64,000 bases of DNA from an uncultured Candidatus Saccharibacteria bacterium (GTDB lineage Bacteria > Patescibacteriota > Minisyncoccia > Phycocordibacterales > UBA12088): contig CAYPKR010000002.1 of NCBI GenBank assembly GCA_964411375.1, forward strand, positions 64,894-128,893. Reading direction: 5' to 3'. Position 1 is the stretch's first letter. Every line of letters starts with the position of its first letter. Shown here one piece after another: positions 1 to 9,636 of the stretch. The notes beneath the pieces were generated by a model. That model worked only from the letters and a program-made list of their open reading frames with translations, made no database searches and was not told the DNA's origin. The translations under genes were made by a program, and so were the position numbers.

Positions 1-13
1 CGTTGGTGCAAAT

Positions 14-496
14 GTGGGCTCGGTATACGTTCTAGATGCAGTCGCAAGCGCATTCGGAATTGGGTTCGTCGCCCTTCTTGAATTGTATACTCCATCGGTT
101 TTTGACTTCCCGATAACGTATATCATTGGATTTTTGGTATTCAGTTATGGAGTTTGGGGATATTCGCTTTCCAAAAACTTGAAGGCAAATATATATCTTC
201 TGGAGACAACTGGGGCGAGTACTAATATTTTCTCAAAAGCCTTCTATGATCTTGCTCGTTCCACGACATCAAACAGCAATCTACGAAACCTAGCTGGAAG
301 TGCTGGGTATATTGCAACTGAATTAGCGAAAGAAATACCATACTATGTACTGGCCTTTGGCGCTGCGGCAGCAAGTCAGGACGTGACTGCTTCAATGTCT
401 ATACTTTTCCTTGCAGGGGCAAATATCGGCGCTGCCGTCTACGAATATGCTTTAGCTTTCAGTACTATGTTCATCCTTCCCTTTATAAAAAAGTAA
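14..496 (+). CDS. hypothetical membrane protein; the frame stays open upstream of base 14, so it may be 5-prime partial
   Basis: ORF track 160 aa. Hydrophobic segments are present. No motif recognised. Confidence 0.45.
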   Translation: MGSVYVLDAVASAFGIGFVALLELYTPSVFDFPITYIIGFLVFSYGVWGYSLSKNLKANIYLLETTGASTNIFSKAFYDLARSTTSNSNLRNLAGSAGYIATELAKEIPYYVLAFGAAAASQDVTASMSILFLAGANIGAAVYEYALAFSTMFILPFIKK

Positions 497-501
497 ACGC
501 T

Positions 502-1281
502 ATGGACAATTCACTAAGCTATCATTCTTACGAAGATCACTGGATTCCACGAGACTATTTGCATCATTATTACAGTCAGATTAATGCTGACGAACAACAT
601 ACGATTCAATTTTTTGTTGATGCGATGCAGAAGGCAGGTAAATCAGGAGAAGTATTATTTTTTGGATGCGGCCCTACGCTCCACCATGTTTTTCTATCGG
701 CTCCCAAGGCGAGCGCGATAGACCTTGCTGATTACCTCCAAAATAATATTGATGAGCTCAAAAAGTGGATTGATAAGGACCCTGAGTCACACAATTGGAC
801 GCAATTTGTAAGCTACACCCTTGAATGCGAGGGAAACACAAATCCTTCGGCAGAAGATGTTGCCGAGCGTGAACGATTGATGCGAGGATTAGTAAGAAAT
901 CTTATTCCAAATGCTGACGTGAAGAAGGGGGCGCCTCTTGGAGAAGCGGGGGTGGGTCGATACCAAACTATCATTAGTGCGTATTGCGCCGATGCAGTAA
1001 CCGCAGATAAAGAAGAGTGGAGAGAATATATGCGAAACATCGCGAGCATGCTTGCTCCCGGAGGTCATTTCATCGTATCAGCGCTAGGCAATACCGATTC
1101 CTATATCGTAAACGGGAAGGTGTTCCCGTGCGCGAATATTACCAAGAAAGACATGGAGGAAGCATTGGGGCAGGATTGCGAACGTGATAGCATAGAAGTA
1201 GTTGAAGTTAGCGAACTCGGTGAACAAAAAGAATTGGGTTACACAGGCATTATTTTAGCCCACGGCATTAAAAAATCATGA
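502..1281 (+). CDS. SAM-dependent methyltransferase of the NNMT/PNMT/TEMT family
   Basis: Collinear match to the nicotinamide N-methyltransferase family. PRDYLHHYY aligns with FNPRDYLEKYY, and FFGCGPT..DELKKWIDKDPESHNW..ECEGN aligns with IDIGSGPT..QELEKWLKKEPEAFDW..CDLEGN. The LAPGGHFIV block is also present. Confidence 0.65.
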   Translation: MDNSLSYHSYEDHWIPRDYLHHYYSQINADEQHTIQFFVDAMQKAGKSGEVLFFGCGPTLHHVFLSAPKASAIDLADYLQNNIDELKKWIDKDPESHNWTQFVSYTLECEGNTNPSAEDVAERERLMRGLVRNLIPNADVKKGAPLGEAGVGRYQTIISAYCADAVTADKEEWREYMRNIASMLAPGGHFIVSALGNTDSYIVNGKVFPCANITKKDMEEALGQDCERDSIEVVEVSELGEQKELGYTGIILAHGIKKS

Positions 1282-2147
1282 AAGAAAGTTATTTTAAATA
1301 TACGGGGAGTTCTCTCTTTATCGCAGGTTTTTTTGGTTGCCTGGTGATGTTATGGATTGCTGGATCGCTTGCAACTTCTCCGATCGATATTCCTGAAACT
1401 GCTCCACCATTTTTGGGTGGCGTTACCGGAGAACCATACAATTATGTATTTGCGTTTCTCTACGGACTGATCCCGCTCTACGGCGGAATAGTCGGCATGA
1501 TGAAAGCGCGAAAATGGGGTATGTTTGCAAGCAAGATGGGAAAGGCGATATTCTTTCTTTCACTCGGTCTTATCACGTGGGGATTCGGCGAACTGATCTG
1601 GTCTTACTACAATTTCTTCCTCAATCAAGAAATTCCATACCCTTCAATTGCTGATGCGAGCTTTATTTTAAGTTGGCCACTCTGGGGAGTGGGAACCTTC
1701 TACCTCTCCCATGCAACAGGAGTAAAGTATGGGCTTCGAAAGATATCGGGAAGACTTCAGATTATTATTGTTCCGATTATTGCGCTTGCCGCATCGTATT
1801 ATCTTTTGGTCACTGTTGCTCGAGGCGGTTCGTTTCCGATTGAAGGGCAATTCATGAAAATATTCTTTGATCTTGCCTACCCAATTTTTGATGTAATGAT
1901 TCTTACCATGGCACTTTTGGTATACGGTCTTTCATTTGAGTGCCTGGGGGGGAGATTTAAATGGCCAGTCCTAATATTACTTTCAGGATTCGTGGTGAAT
2001 TACCTTGCTGACTTTGGATTTTCCTTCACTACAACTACTGGGGCTTTCTATAACGGGAATTGGGTCGATTTATTGTTTGCGGGCGCGATGTTCTTGATTA
2101 GCTTCGCAACTAATAGCTTTGACGTACCTGATACTTCAGTTTCATAA
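1278..2147 (+). CDS. polytopic membrane protein of unknown function (about 7 TM)
   Basis: 289 aa with multiple long hydrophobic helices. The start overlaps the upstream stop by 4 nt, which suggests an operon. Confidence 0.55.
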   Translation: MKESYFKYTGSSLFIAGFFGCLVMLWIAGSLATSPIDIPETAPPFLGGVTGEPYNYVFAFLYGLIPLYGGIVGMMKARKWGMFASKMGKAIFFLSLGLITWGFGELIWSYYNFFLNQEIPYPSIADASFILSWPLWGVGTFYLSHATGVKYGLRKISGRLQIIIVPIIALAASYYLLVTVARGGSFPIEGQFMKIFFDLAYPIFDVMILTMALLVYGLSFECLGGRFKWPVLILLSGFVVNYLADFGFSFTTTTGAFYNGNWVDLLFAGAMFLISFATNSFDVPDTSVS

Positions 2148-2156
2148 AATTAAGGT

Positions 2157-2441
2157 ATGAGTGTTTTTGATAAAATCGCAAGTCAAATCATCAAGGAACA
2201 AGGCCTCATTATCGGTCCTATTGCATGGAGTGCTGCGCGAAAAGTTCCCGGTCTTAAAGTAATTGACGAAAAATCTGCTTCAGTAAAACTCGATGAAACT
2301 AAGAGTCCCGAAGTGGTTGACTCCCTTGTTCACGAGTACGAATCCCTTTTTGGACGTGCTGCACGGGAAGTGTGTAAGGATGCGGCGGCACCACTTCTTG
2401 CAGAACTTACACTCGATGCAGTCCCGGCAAGTCTTCGATGA
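2157..2441 (+). CDS. hypothetical small protein
   Basis: 94 aa ORF sitting tightly between the membrane protein and the histidine kinase. No motif recognised. Confidence 0.4.
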   Translation: MSVFDKIASQIIKEQGLIIGPIAWSAARKVPGLKVIDEKSASVKLDETKSPEVVDSLVHEYESLFGRAAREVCKDAAAPLLAELTLDAVPASLR

Positions 2442-2484
2442 TCGAGGAGGATGTTACTCGTTTGTCTAATCATTTGTATTTGAC

Positions 2485-3864
2485 ATGGCTGACCAACCAG
2501 AAAAAGCGGGATCCACAACCAAGGAGCTTCAAGATGTAACCGAAAGTTTGTACAAACAGAATCTTGAACTTGCCGTTAAAAATAAGACACTCTCACTCCT
2601 TGAAAAGTTATATCAGATCAGTATTCTGACACTCGAATCCCATGAGATTGCAGCTCGCATAAGCGAAACTATCCAAGAAGATTTGAATTTCGAGCATGTT
2701 GGGATATTGCGGTTCCATCACTCCACGAATACCCTTGCAACCCTGGCAACTGCAGATTCCATACATTTCGGAGAGGTTCTTGGCGGAGCGGAATATCACT
2801 GCACAAGTGAAACACCTAACTTGCACAGCAATATCTTCTTTAAACAAGTCATCGAAGAAAAGCGGATGGGGTATAGTGAACATCTCCTTGATGTATGGGG
2901 TGATAATTGTCCAAAGGAACTATTGGCAGAGCTCGAAGAAAAAGGACGTGTACATTCGGTTATCGCCTTTCCACTTTTTATTGAAAAAAATGTTATTGGT
3001 ATCTGTCTCTTAGTACTCAATCGAGACTATACCGAGCTTCCCAATTATGAAAAGGAAGCAATTGCAAGCGTCATCAACGTAATCGCTGTTGCACTCGACA
3101 AGGCAACTTTGTATGAAAAATTAAAAGAGAGTAACGCAGAACTGGAAGTGAGTAATGATCGTCTGCGAAATCTTGATCAATTGAAAACAGAATTTGTCTC
3201 AATCGCATCGCATCAACTCCGCGCACCAGTGACGGCAATAAAAGGGTACGCGTCCCTGATCCTGGAAGGTTCTTTTGGCACAGTCCCTGCGTCTCTTGAC
3301 GAAGCAGTATCGCGTATTTTTTCCTCGAGTAAATATATGGCGTCTTCGATTGACGATTTCTTGAATGTTTCTCGAATCGAACAAGGGAAAATGAAGTATG
3401 ATTTGAAATCATTCGATGTTACTTCCATGGTGAAACAAACGTACACCGAATTTTTACCCATTGCCGAAAAGAAAAAATTGCAATTGATCTTTACTGAGAC
3501 AGGAGTGATTGACGCACATGCGGATGAAGGAAAAGCGAAGCAGGTCATCACAAATATTCTCGATAATTCTCTGAAGTACACACTGAAGGGAAGTGTCATC
3601 ATCTCAATGAGTAAAGATGAATCTCGTAAAAAAGTAGTAATTGTAATTCAAGACACTGGTGTTGGTATCTCAAAAGAAGATCGAGAAAAGTTGTTTACCA
3701 AATTTGCACGAGCTTCGAATGCAAACACCGCAAATGTGCAGGGAACAGGCTTGGGTCTTTTTGTCGCCCGTGAAATGGCACGAGCTATGGGCGGTGATAT
3801 TCGTCTGGAGTCGGAAGGGGTGGGAAAAGGGACAAAATCGACGATTGAGCTTCCGGTAGCCTAA
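2485..3864 (+). CDS. cytoplasmic GAF-domain sensor histidine kinase
   Basis: HisKA H-box SHQLRAPVTAIKGYASLI. HATPase G-boxes DTGVGIS and GTGLGLFVAREMARAMGG. No TM segment is evident. Confidence 0.85.
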   Translation: MADQPEKAGSTTKELQDVTESLYKQNLELAVKNKTLSLLEKLYQISILTLESHEIAARISETIQEDLNFEHVGILRFHHSTNTLATLATADSIHFGEVLGGAEYHCTSETPNLHSNIFFKQVIEEKRMGYSEHLLDVWGDNCPKELLAELEEKGRVHSVIAFPLFIEKNVIGICLLVLNRDYTELPNYEKEAIASVINVIAVALDKATLYEKLKESNAELEVSNDRLRNLDQLKTEFVSIASHQLRAPVTAIKGYASLILEGSFGTVPASLDEAVSRIFSSSKYMASSIDDFLNVSRIEQGKMKYDLKSFDVTSMVKQTYTEFLPIAEKKKLQLIFTETGVIDAHADEGKAKQVITNILDNSLKYTLKGSVIISMSKDESRKKVVIVIQDTGVGISKEDREKLFTKFARASNANTANVQGTGLGLFVAREMARAMGGDIRLESEGVGKGTKSTIELPVA

Positions 3865-3916
3865 TCCCGTCTTTTTACTGTCCAAAATGGTCATTTTTTG
3901 CTAAAATCGCCCTATT

Positions 3917-4876
3917 ATGGCTGATGCTTCTACAAAACGTCTCCTTACGGGTTTACAGCCCTCTGGGGCGCTTCATATTGGCAACTACTTTGGGGCTTTA
4001 AAGCCATTTGTTGAGCTCTCGAATAGCGGGGAATTCGACAAGATTTTCCTCATGGTTGTCGATTATCACGCCCTTACGTCACTCAAAGATCCTGCCACAC
4101 TTCGCCAAAATATAATCGACGTCGTCAAAGATTATGTCGCCGCAGGTGTCGATCTCGACAAAGTAATTTTATTCAAACAATCAGACGTATCTGAACATAC
4201 GGAACTTGCATGGATTTTTGAATGTTTGGTAACGGTTCCATTTTTGATGCAAGCGCATTCGTACAAAGACAAAGTTGCGAAAGGACTTGAAGCGAATGCC
4301 GGTCTATTTAACTATCCGATGCTCATGGCGGCAGATATTCTTCTGTACGACATTTCCACGGTCCCCGTTGGGCAAGATCAACGCCAGCATATTGAATATG
4401 CGCGCGAAGCCGCATCGAAGTTCAATATTGCCTTTGGACAAACATTCGTTGAACCTGAAGGAAAAATCTTGGACGGAGTTGCGATTGTTCCGGGAGTAGA
4501 CGGTCAAAAGATGTCGAAGAGTTACAAAAACACGATTCCTTTGTTTGGTTCGCGTGAGGAAATTTCAAAAGCAGTAATGTCCATCGTTACTGATTCGTCC
4601 GGCGGACGCCCTGAAAACGTGTACGCTATTCATAAGCTTTTCAGGTCTGAAGCTGAACTTAAAAGCTTGTATGATTCGAATAAGGGAAATTACAAAGCTT
4701 TGAAGGAGGCATTGATCAATGACATTGATGCATATATTGGAGATATGCGCACAAAACGAGAATCGGTGACCGATGAGCAAGTACAAGAGATTCTTTCCCG
4801 TGGCGCAAAGGCAGCAAAAGAAATTGCTGGAGCAAAGATGGCGGACGTGCGAAAGAAAGTTGGCGTAACAATATAA
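3917..4876 (+). CDS. trpS: tryptophanyl-tRNA synthetase
   Basis: Class I HIGN motif (SGALHIGNYFGAL) and KMSKS. 319 aa is typical of TrpRS. Confidence 0.85.
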   Translation: MADASTKRLLTGLQPSGALHIGNYFGALKPFVELSNSGEFDKIFLMVVDYHALTSLKDPATLRQNIIDVVKDYVAAGVDLDKVILFKQSDVSEHTELAWIFECLVTVPFLMQAHSYKDKVAKGLEANAGLFNYPMLMAADILLYDISTVPVGQDQRQHIEYAREAASKFNIAFGQTFVEPEGKILDGVAIVPGVDGQKMSKSYKNTIPLFGSREEISKAVMSIVTDSSGGRPENVYAIHKLFRSEAELKSLYDSNKGNYKALKEALINDIDAYIGDMRTKRESVTDEQVQEILSRGAKAAKEIAGAKMADVRKKVGVTI

Positions 4877-4878
4877 CC

Positions 4879-6213
4879 ATGGAGCGAATACTTATTGGAG
4901 AATTGCATGACCACATTGGGGAAGAAGTCACGATCAGTGGCTGGGTAGATGTCGCACGTGATCAAGGAAAAATGGCATTCTTCGATTTTCGTGACCGAAG
5001 CGGAAAAGTGCAAGGTGTGGTGTTCGGAAAACCAGACGTGCTTGAAGTTGCGAAACGACTCAAATCAGAATGGGTGGTTTCAGTGACTGGAAAAGTAAAT
5101 GAACGTCCGGAAAAAATGGTTAACAAAGATCAACCGAACGGAAATATTGAACTTGAAATCACTGGAATTGAGATACTCGCTGAAGCTGAAGTACTTCCGT
5201 TTGAACTTGGCACGGAGCTCAACCTCGACACGCTCCTTGATTATCGTCCGCTCACCCTTCGAAGCGAACGAGAACGTGCCATCTTCAAAGTGCAACATAC
5301 TATCATTCAAGCGTATCGAGATTTTCTTGTTGCGGAAGGATTTACTGAATTTCAAGCACCAAAACTCGTAGGCGATGATGCGGAAGGCGGCGGCAACGTA
5401 TTTAAGCTTGATTATTTCAACGGTAAATACGCGTTCCTTGCGACGAGCCCACAGCTCTACAAAGAAATTATGGTTGGAGTGTTTGAACGTGTTTTTTCAA
5501 TAGGGAATGTATTCCGTGCAGAGAAACATGCGACCACGCGCCATATCAACGAATATACTTCAATTGATATCGAATGCGGATTCATCAAGGATCACACCGA
5601 TCTCATGCGTCTCGAGACAAAGTTGATGCGATATATCCTTGCTCGCCTCCATGAACAGTGCGAAACCGAATTTGAAATTGTTGGCGCAGAGTTTCCACTT
5701 ATACCAGAGGGTGACATCTTCCCATACATGAAACTTCGAGAAGCGCAGGCGCTTATTTCAAAAGAAACCGGTGTCGATTGCACGAACGAACCAGATCTCG
5801 AACCTGAACATGAACGTTGGCTCTGTACCTATGCGAAAGAAAAATTGGGAAGTGATTTCATTTTTATAACCCATTATCCGGTATCAAAACGCCCATTTTA
5901 CACAATGGAAGATTCTAATGATCCTGGATTTACCAAAAGCTTCGACTTGTTATTTCGAGGAATCGAAATCACGACTGGCGGACAGCGAGTGAATCAATAC
6001 AGCATGATGATCGAAAAGCTTAAGGCGAAAGGACTTGATCCTGAAAATTTCTCGTTCTACTTGCAAGCATTTAAATTTGGTATGCCACCGCACGGGGGAT
6101 GGGGGATGGGTCTCGAGCGTCTCACTGAAAAATTCTTAAATATTGCAAACGTCAAAGAAGCAACACTTTTCCCGCGTGATATTAATCGCATTGATAATTT
6201 GCTGTCCAAATAG
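4879..6213 (+). CDS. aspS: aspartyl-tRNA synthetase, archaeal/eukaryal type, probably non-discriminating
   Basis: Class II motif 2 FRAEKHATTRHINEYTSIDIE and motif 3 GGWGMGLERL. The SPQLYKE signature is characteristic of AspRS rather than AsnRS. 444 aa. Confidence 0.8.
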   Translation: MERILIGELHDHIGEEVTISGWVDVARDQGKMAFFDFRDRSGKVQGVVFGKPDVLEVAKRLKSEWVVSVTGKVNERPEKMVNKDQPNGNIELEITGIEILAEAEVLPFELGTELNLDTLLDYRPLTLRSERERAIFKVQHTIIQAYRDFLVAEGFTEFQAPKLVGDDAEGGGNVFKLDYFNGKYAFLATSPQLYKEIMVGVFERVFSIGNVFRAEKHATTRHINEYTSIDIECGFIKDHTDLMRLETKLMRYILARLHEQCETEFEIVGAEFPLIPEGDIFPYMKLREAQALISKETGVDCTNEPDLEPEHERWLCTYAKEKLGSDFIFITHYPVSKRPFYTMEDSNDPGFTKSFDLLFRGIEITTGGQRVNQYSMMIEKLKAKGLDPENFSFYLQAFKFGMPPHGGWGMGLERLTEKFLNIANVKEATLFPRDINRIDNLLSK

Positions 6214-6215
6214 AA

Positions 6216-6953
6216 ATGCCGCCTACTGGCTATCAACTCAAACTGCCATCATTTGAAGGTCCTCTCGACCTTCTCTTGTCATTTATTGAGCGTCGAAAGC
6301 TTTCTATAAGCGACGTTTCTCTCGCCTCTGTTTCCGACGATTTTATTTCCTACATGAATGAGCACAAGGAATTTCCAATTCCTGAGGCGGCTCATTTCGT
6401 GTTGGTTGCGTCCACTCTACTTCTCATAAAATCAAAATCGCTTCTTCCAACACTCGACCTCACCAGCGAAGAAGAGGCGTCGATCGAGGATCTTGCAAAA
6501 CGTTTATCGCTCTATAAATATTTCCGCACCGTTGGTGATACCGTTCGTGCAGTTTTTGGACGCACAGTACTTTTTTCAAAAGATTCAAATCGAAAAGTGT
6601 TGGATCCAGTGTTTTCTCCGCATGAAAGCATAACAAAAGAATCACTTCGTCTTGCGGCCGGAAGAGTACTTGATTCAGTTCCTGAACCCGAAACACTCCC
6701 GAAAGCAATGGTTAAAAAGGTGATGAGCCTCGAGGAGATGATCGACACACTCGCTACGCGCATTCAATCGAGCATGAAACTTTCATTTAATGAATTTTCA
6801 GGAATGGGCAAAAAAGAAAAAGTGGAAGTGATTGTTGGATTCCTTGCGATGCTTGAACTCGTGAAGCAGGGAGTAATTACGGTCGAGCAGAGCGGACGTT
6901 TTTCTGATATTGTGATTCAAACTGACGCAGTCGGTGTGCCAAGATACGGCTAA
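6216..6953 (+). CDS. scpA: segregation and condensation protein A (kleisin)
   Basis: N-terminal FEGPLDLLLSFIERRKL motif typical of ScpA. Confidence 0.85.
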   Translation: MPPTGYQLKLPSFEGPLDLLLSFIERRKLSISDVSLASVSDDFISYMNEHKEFPIPEAAHFVLVASTLLLIKSKSLLPTLDLTSEEEASIEDLAKRLSLYKYFRTVGDTVRAVFGRTVLFSKDSNRKVLDPVFSPHESITKESLRLAAGRVLDSVPEPETLPKAMVKKVMSLEEMIDTLATRIQSSMKLSFNEFSGMGKKEKVEVIVGFLAMLELVKQGVITVEQSGRFSDIVIQTDAVGVPRYG

Positions 6954-6957
6954 TACT

Positions 6958-7497
6958 ATGGATCTTCCTCAAAAAATAGAAGCATTTTTGTTTTACCGCG
7001 GAGAACCCGTGAAGATTGGTACGCTTTCCAAAACACTCAGCGAAGAACAGAGTGCGGTAGTGGAAGCCCTCGAACAACTCCGAACTTCTCTCACCGGTAG
7101 AGGAATTACGCTGGTCGAAGCAAATGGGGAAGTAGAACTTATGACTTCACCAGAAGCAGCTTCACTGATTGAAAATATTCGAAAAGAAGAACTCTCAAAA
7201 GATTTGGGAAAAGCCGGACTTGAAGTGTTATCGATCATAATGTACAAAGGACCAATCTCTCGCTCTCAAATTGATTACATTCGTGGAGTGAATTCATCAT
7301 TTATTCTTCGGAATATGTTGGTGCGGGGACTCATTGAGCGAGTTTCAAATCCGAATGATGAGCGGAGTTTCCTGTACCGAGGATCGATGGATCTTTTGGC
7401 ACATATGGGGGTCTCTCGAATTGAAGATCTACCGGATTATGCTGCGGTCAGAAGTGAATTAGAAGCAATCGAAGCAAAGATACATGCTGACGAATAA
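6958..7497 (+). CDS. scpB: segregation and condensation protein B
   Basis: IEAFLFYRGEPV motif. The start is set at the internal Met just after the scpA stop; the ORF track begins 8 codons earlier. Confidence 0.8.
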   Translation: MDLPQKIEAFLFYRGEPVKIGTLSKTLSEEQSAVVEALEQLRTSLTGRGITLVEANGEVELMTSPEAASLIENIRKEELSKDLGKAGLEVLSIIMYKGPISRSQIDYIRGVNSSFILRNMLVRGLIERVSNPNDERSFLYRGSMDLLAHMGVSRIEDLPDYAAVRSELEAIEAKIHADE

Positions 7498-8488
7498 TCC
7501 TGAATCTGAACCTCGCTTTCTTTCAGAAGGAGCGACTCGCGTGTTATTTCATCCTGCGAGTATTTTTGCATTTCTTGGAATTGCGCTTCTCATTACAGTC
7601 GGTAGTTTATGGTATGGAGAAAAAAATAGTGAAGCAAAAACAACGTCAATCGTACAAGCAAAGACTCCACCACCATTCACTCTCGCTATGCCGCTTTTTG
7701 CAAAAGCCGCATATGTATATGATCCCGAAACAGGCGACGTACTCTTCGCAAGAAGTGCAGAACTGCAACTTCCGCTCGCATCTCTTACCAAACTAATGAC
7801 GGCGCTTGTTGCATCAAACAAACTCGCCGACAATGATACGGTGGTCATAAATGATGCCGCGCTCCGTGAAGATGGGGCAAGCGGACTTGAAGGCGGGGAA
7901 CGCTGGTCATTTAAAAAATTGCTCGGCTTTACATTGGTCTCATCCTCAAACGATGGAGCGCACGCCCTGGCGAGTGCTGCGGGCGCAACACTGCTTCTGA
8001 CTCCGCAAGCACAAGCTTCTGACAAAGAGAGTGTCGACACGTTTGTTGCCAACATGAATGCCGAAGCAAAAAGACTCGGAATGTCGCAAACATATTTCCT
8101 CAACCCAACCGGACTTGATGAATCGGTTGGACAAAGTGGCGCGTATGGTTCCGCTGATGATATTGCGCACCTCATGGCGTATATTCTGAAGGCGAAACCA
8201 GAACTTCTTTCTGCAACTCCAGCTACAAAATTAGTTACGACCGACCAGAACGGGGAAGTGAAGACGGTAAAAAACACAAACACTGCGATTGGTGATTTTC
8301 CCGGCCTTATCGCCTCAAAAACAGGATATACGGATCTTGCCGGTGGAAACCTGGCGATTGCCTTCGACGCGGGATTGGCGCACCCAATCATTATTGTCGT
8401 TCTCGGTTCTACCGAAGAAGGACGCTTTATTGACGCCAAAACCCTACTCGACGCGACACTGGTTCAAATGGGCAAAAGAGAGGAATAA
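7484..8488 (+). CDS. D-alanyl-D-alanine carboxypeptidase (PBP5-like, S11 family)
   Basis: SxxK (SLTK), SxN (SSND) and KTG (KTGYT) motifs. N-terminal TM anchor. Confidence 0.8.
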   Translation: MLTNNPESEPRFLSEGATRVLFHPASIFAFLGIALLITVGSLWYGEKNSEAKTTSIVQAKTPPPFTLAMPLFAKAAYVYDPETGDVLFARSAELQLPLASLTKLMTALVASNKLADNDTVVINDAALREDGASGLEGGERWSFKKLLGFTLVSSSNDGAHALASAAGATLLLTPQAQASDKESVDTFVANMNAEAKRLGMSQTYFLNPTGLDESVGQSGAYGSADDIAHLMAYILKAKPELLSATPATKLVTTDQNGEVKTVKNTNTAIGDFPGLIASKTGYTDLAGGNLAIAFDAGLAHPIIIVVLGSTEEGRFIDAKTLLDATLVQMGKREE

Positions 8489-8548
8489 AGCTTTCCAGTT
8501 GGTTCGGAGCCCTACTCCGGCTATACTTTGAAGGTATAATCAATTCCA

Positions 8549-9631
8549 ATGCCCATTGATCTCATTAAAGTAATCACTCCGCTTGCCGCGGCGTTTTGGA
8601 TTGGGATAGGAATAACTCCTATTCTTACGCACTATTTATACAAATATAAAGTTTGGAAAAAGAAAGGAGGTAAAGAAGCGCTCGACGGCAATCGTGCGGA
8701 AGAATTTGGAAAATTACGGCCCGATACATTGGAAACAAAGACGCCTCGGATGGGCGGCATCGTGATTTGGACGAGTGTCTTCATAACCGTTGTCGGTATG
8801 TGGGCACTCGGAGAATTTTTTCCAGATTCAATTGCCAACAAACTCGATTTTTTGAGTCGCGATCAAACATGGATTCCTCTCCTCTCCTTAATTGCTGGAG
8901 CGATTGTTGGTTTTGTAAATGATTATATTGATGTCACCGCAGAAACAGGGGAGCGGGGAATACCGCTTCGGTATCGACTTATCATTGTCGGTCTGCTCTC
9001 ACTTTTTATCGGCTGGTGGTTTTATGAAAAATTAGATGTAATCGGCATCAGCATTCCAGGTGGAGGAATCCTCGTCTTGGGATGGTGTATCATTCCATTT
9101 TTCATGCTCGTGACACTTGCACTCTATGCGAGTGGCGTTATTGATGGAATTGATGGTCTCTCTGGCGGCGTCTTTAGCTCCATTTTTACTGCGTACGCAA
9201 TCATTGCCTTTGAACAACATCAGGTGAATCTCGCTGCATTTTGTGCCGCAATGGTCGGCGCGATTCTGGCATTTCTCTGGTTTAATATTCCGCCCGCCAG
9301 ATTCTGGATGACCGAAACCGGAACTATGGGCATTACACTTACGATTGCGGTAATCGCCTTTATGACCGATTCACTTGGAGAAGGAATCGGTGTCAGTGTT
9401 CTTCCAATTATTGGCGGTCTTCTGGTTATCACCGTGCTTTCAAATATCATTCAGATTGTTTCAAAAAAAGTATTCGGAAGAAAAGTATTTCGGATCGCAC
9501 CCCTTCACCATCATTTTGAGGCAGTCGGCTGGCCCGGATACAAAGTAACGATGCGATACTGGATTTTGGGAATCATGCTCGCGTTTATTGGCGTTATTGT
9601 CGCGCTTGTCGGCACGACACCGAGCGTATAA
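8549..9631 (+). CDS. mraY: phospho-N-acetylmuramoyl-pentapeptide transferase
   Basis: Polytopic protein with GIDGLSGG and the C-terminal PLHHHFE motif. Confidence 0.9.
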   Translation: MPIDLIKVITPLAAAFWIGIGITPILTHYLYKYKVWKKKGGKEALDGNRAEEFGKLRPDTLETKTPRMGGIVIWTSVFITVVGMWALGEFFPDSIANKLDFLSRDQTWIPLLSLIAGAIVGFVNDYIDVTAETGERGIPLRYRLIIVGLLSLFIGWWFYEKLDVIGISIPGGGILVLGWCIIPFFMLVTLALYASGVIDGIDGLSGGVFSSIFTAYAIIAFEQHQVNLAAFCAAMVGAILAFLWFNIPPARFWMTETGTMGITLTIAVIAFMTDSLGEGIGVSVLPIIGGLLVITVLSNIIQIVSKKVFGRKVFRIAPLHHHFEAVGWPGYKVTMRYWILGIMLAFIGVIVALVGTTPSV

Positions 9632-9636
9632 CTTCC

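Noticed and set aside
7549-8439. 296-aa ORF antisense to the D-Ala-D-Ala carboxypeptidase gene. Similar long antisense ORFs are 44851..45495 opposite mreB, 56726..57205 opposite murA and 38712..39332 opposite lysK.
   Set aside because: They lie entirely within strongly supported genes on the other strand. They have low-complexity Ser/Ala/Pro-rich translations and no recognisable motifs. They are typical shadow ORFs.
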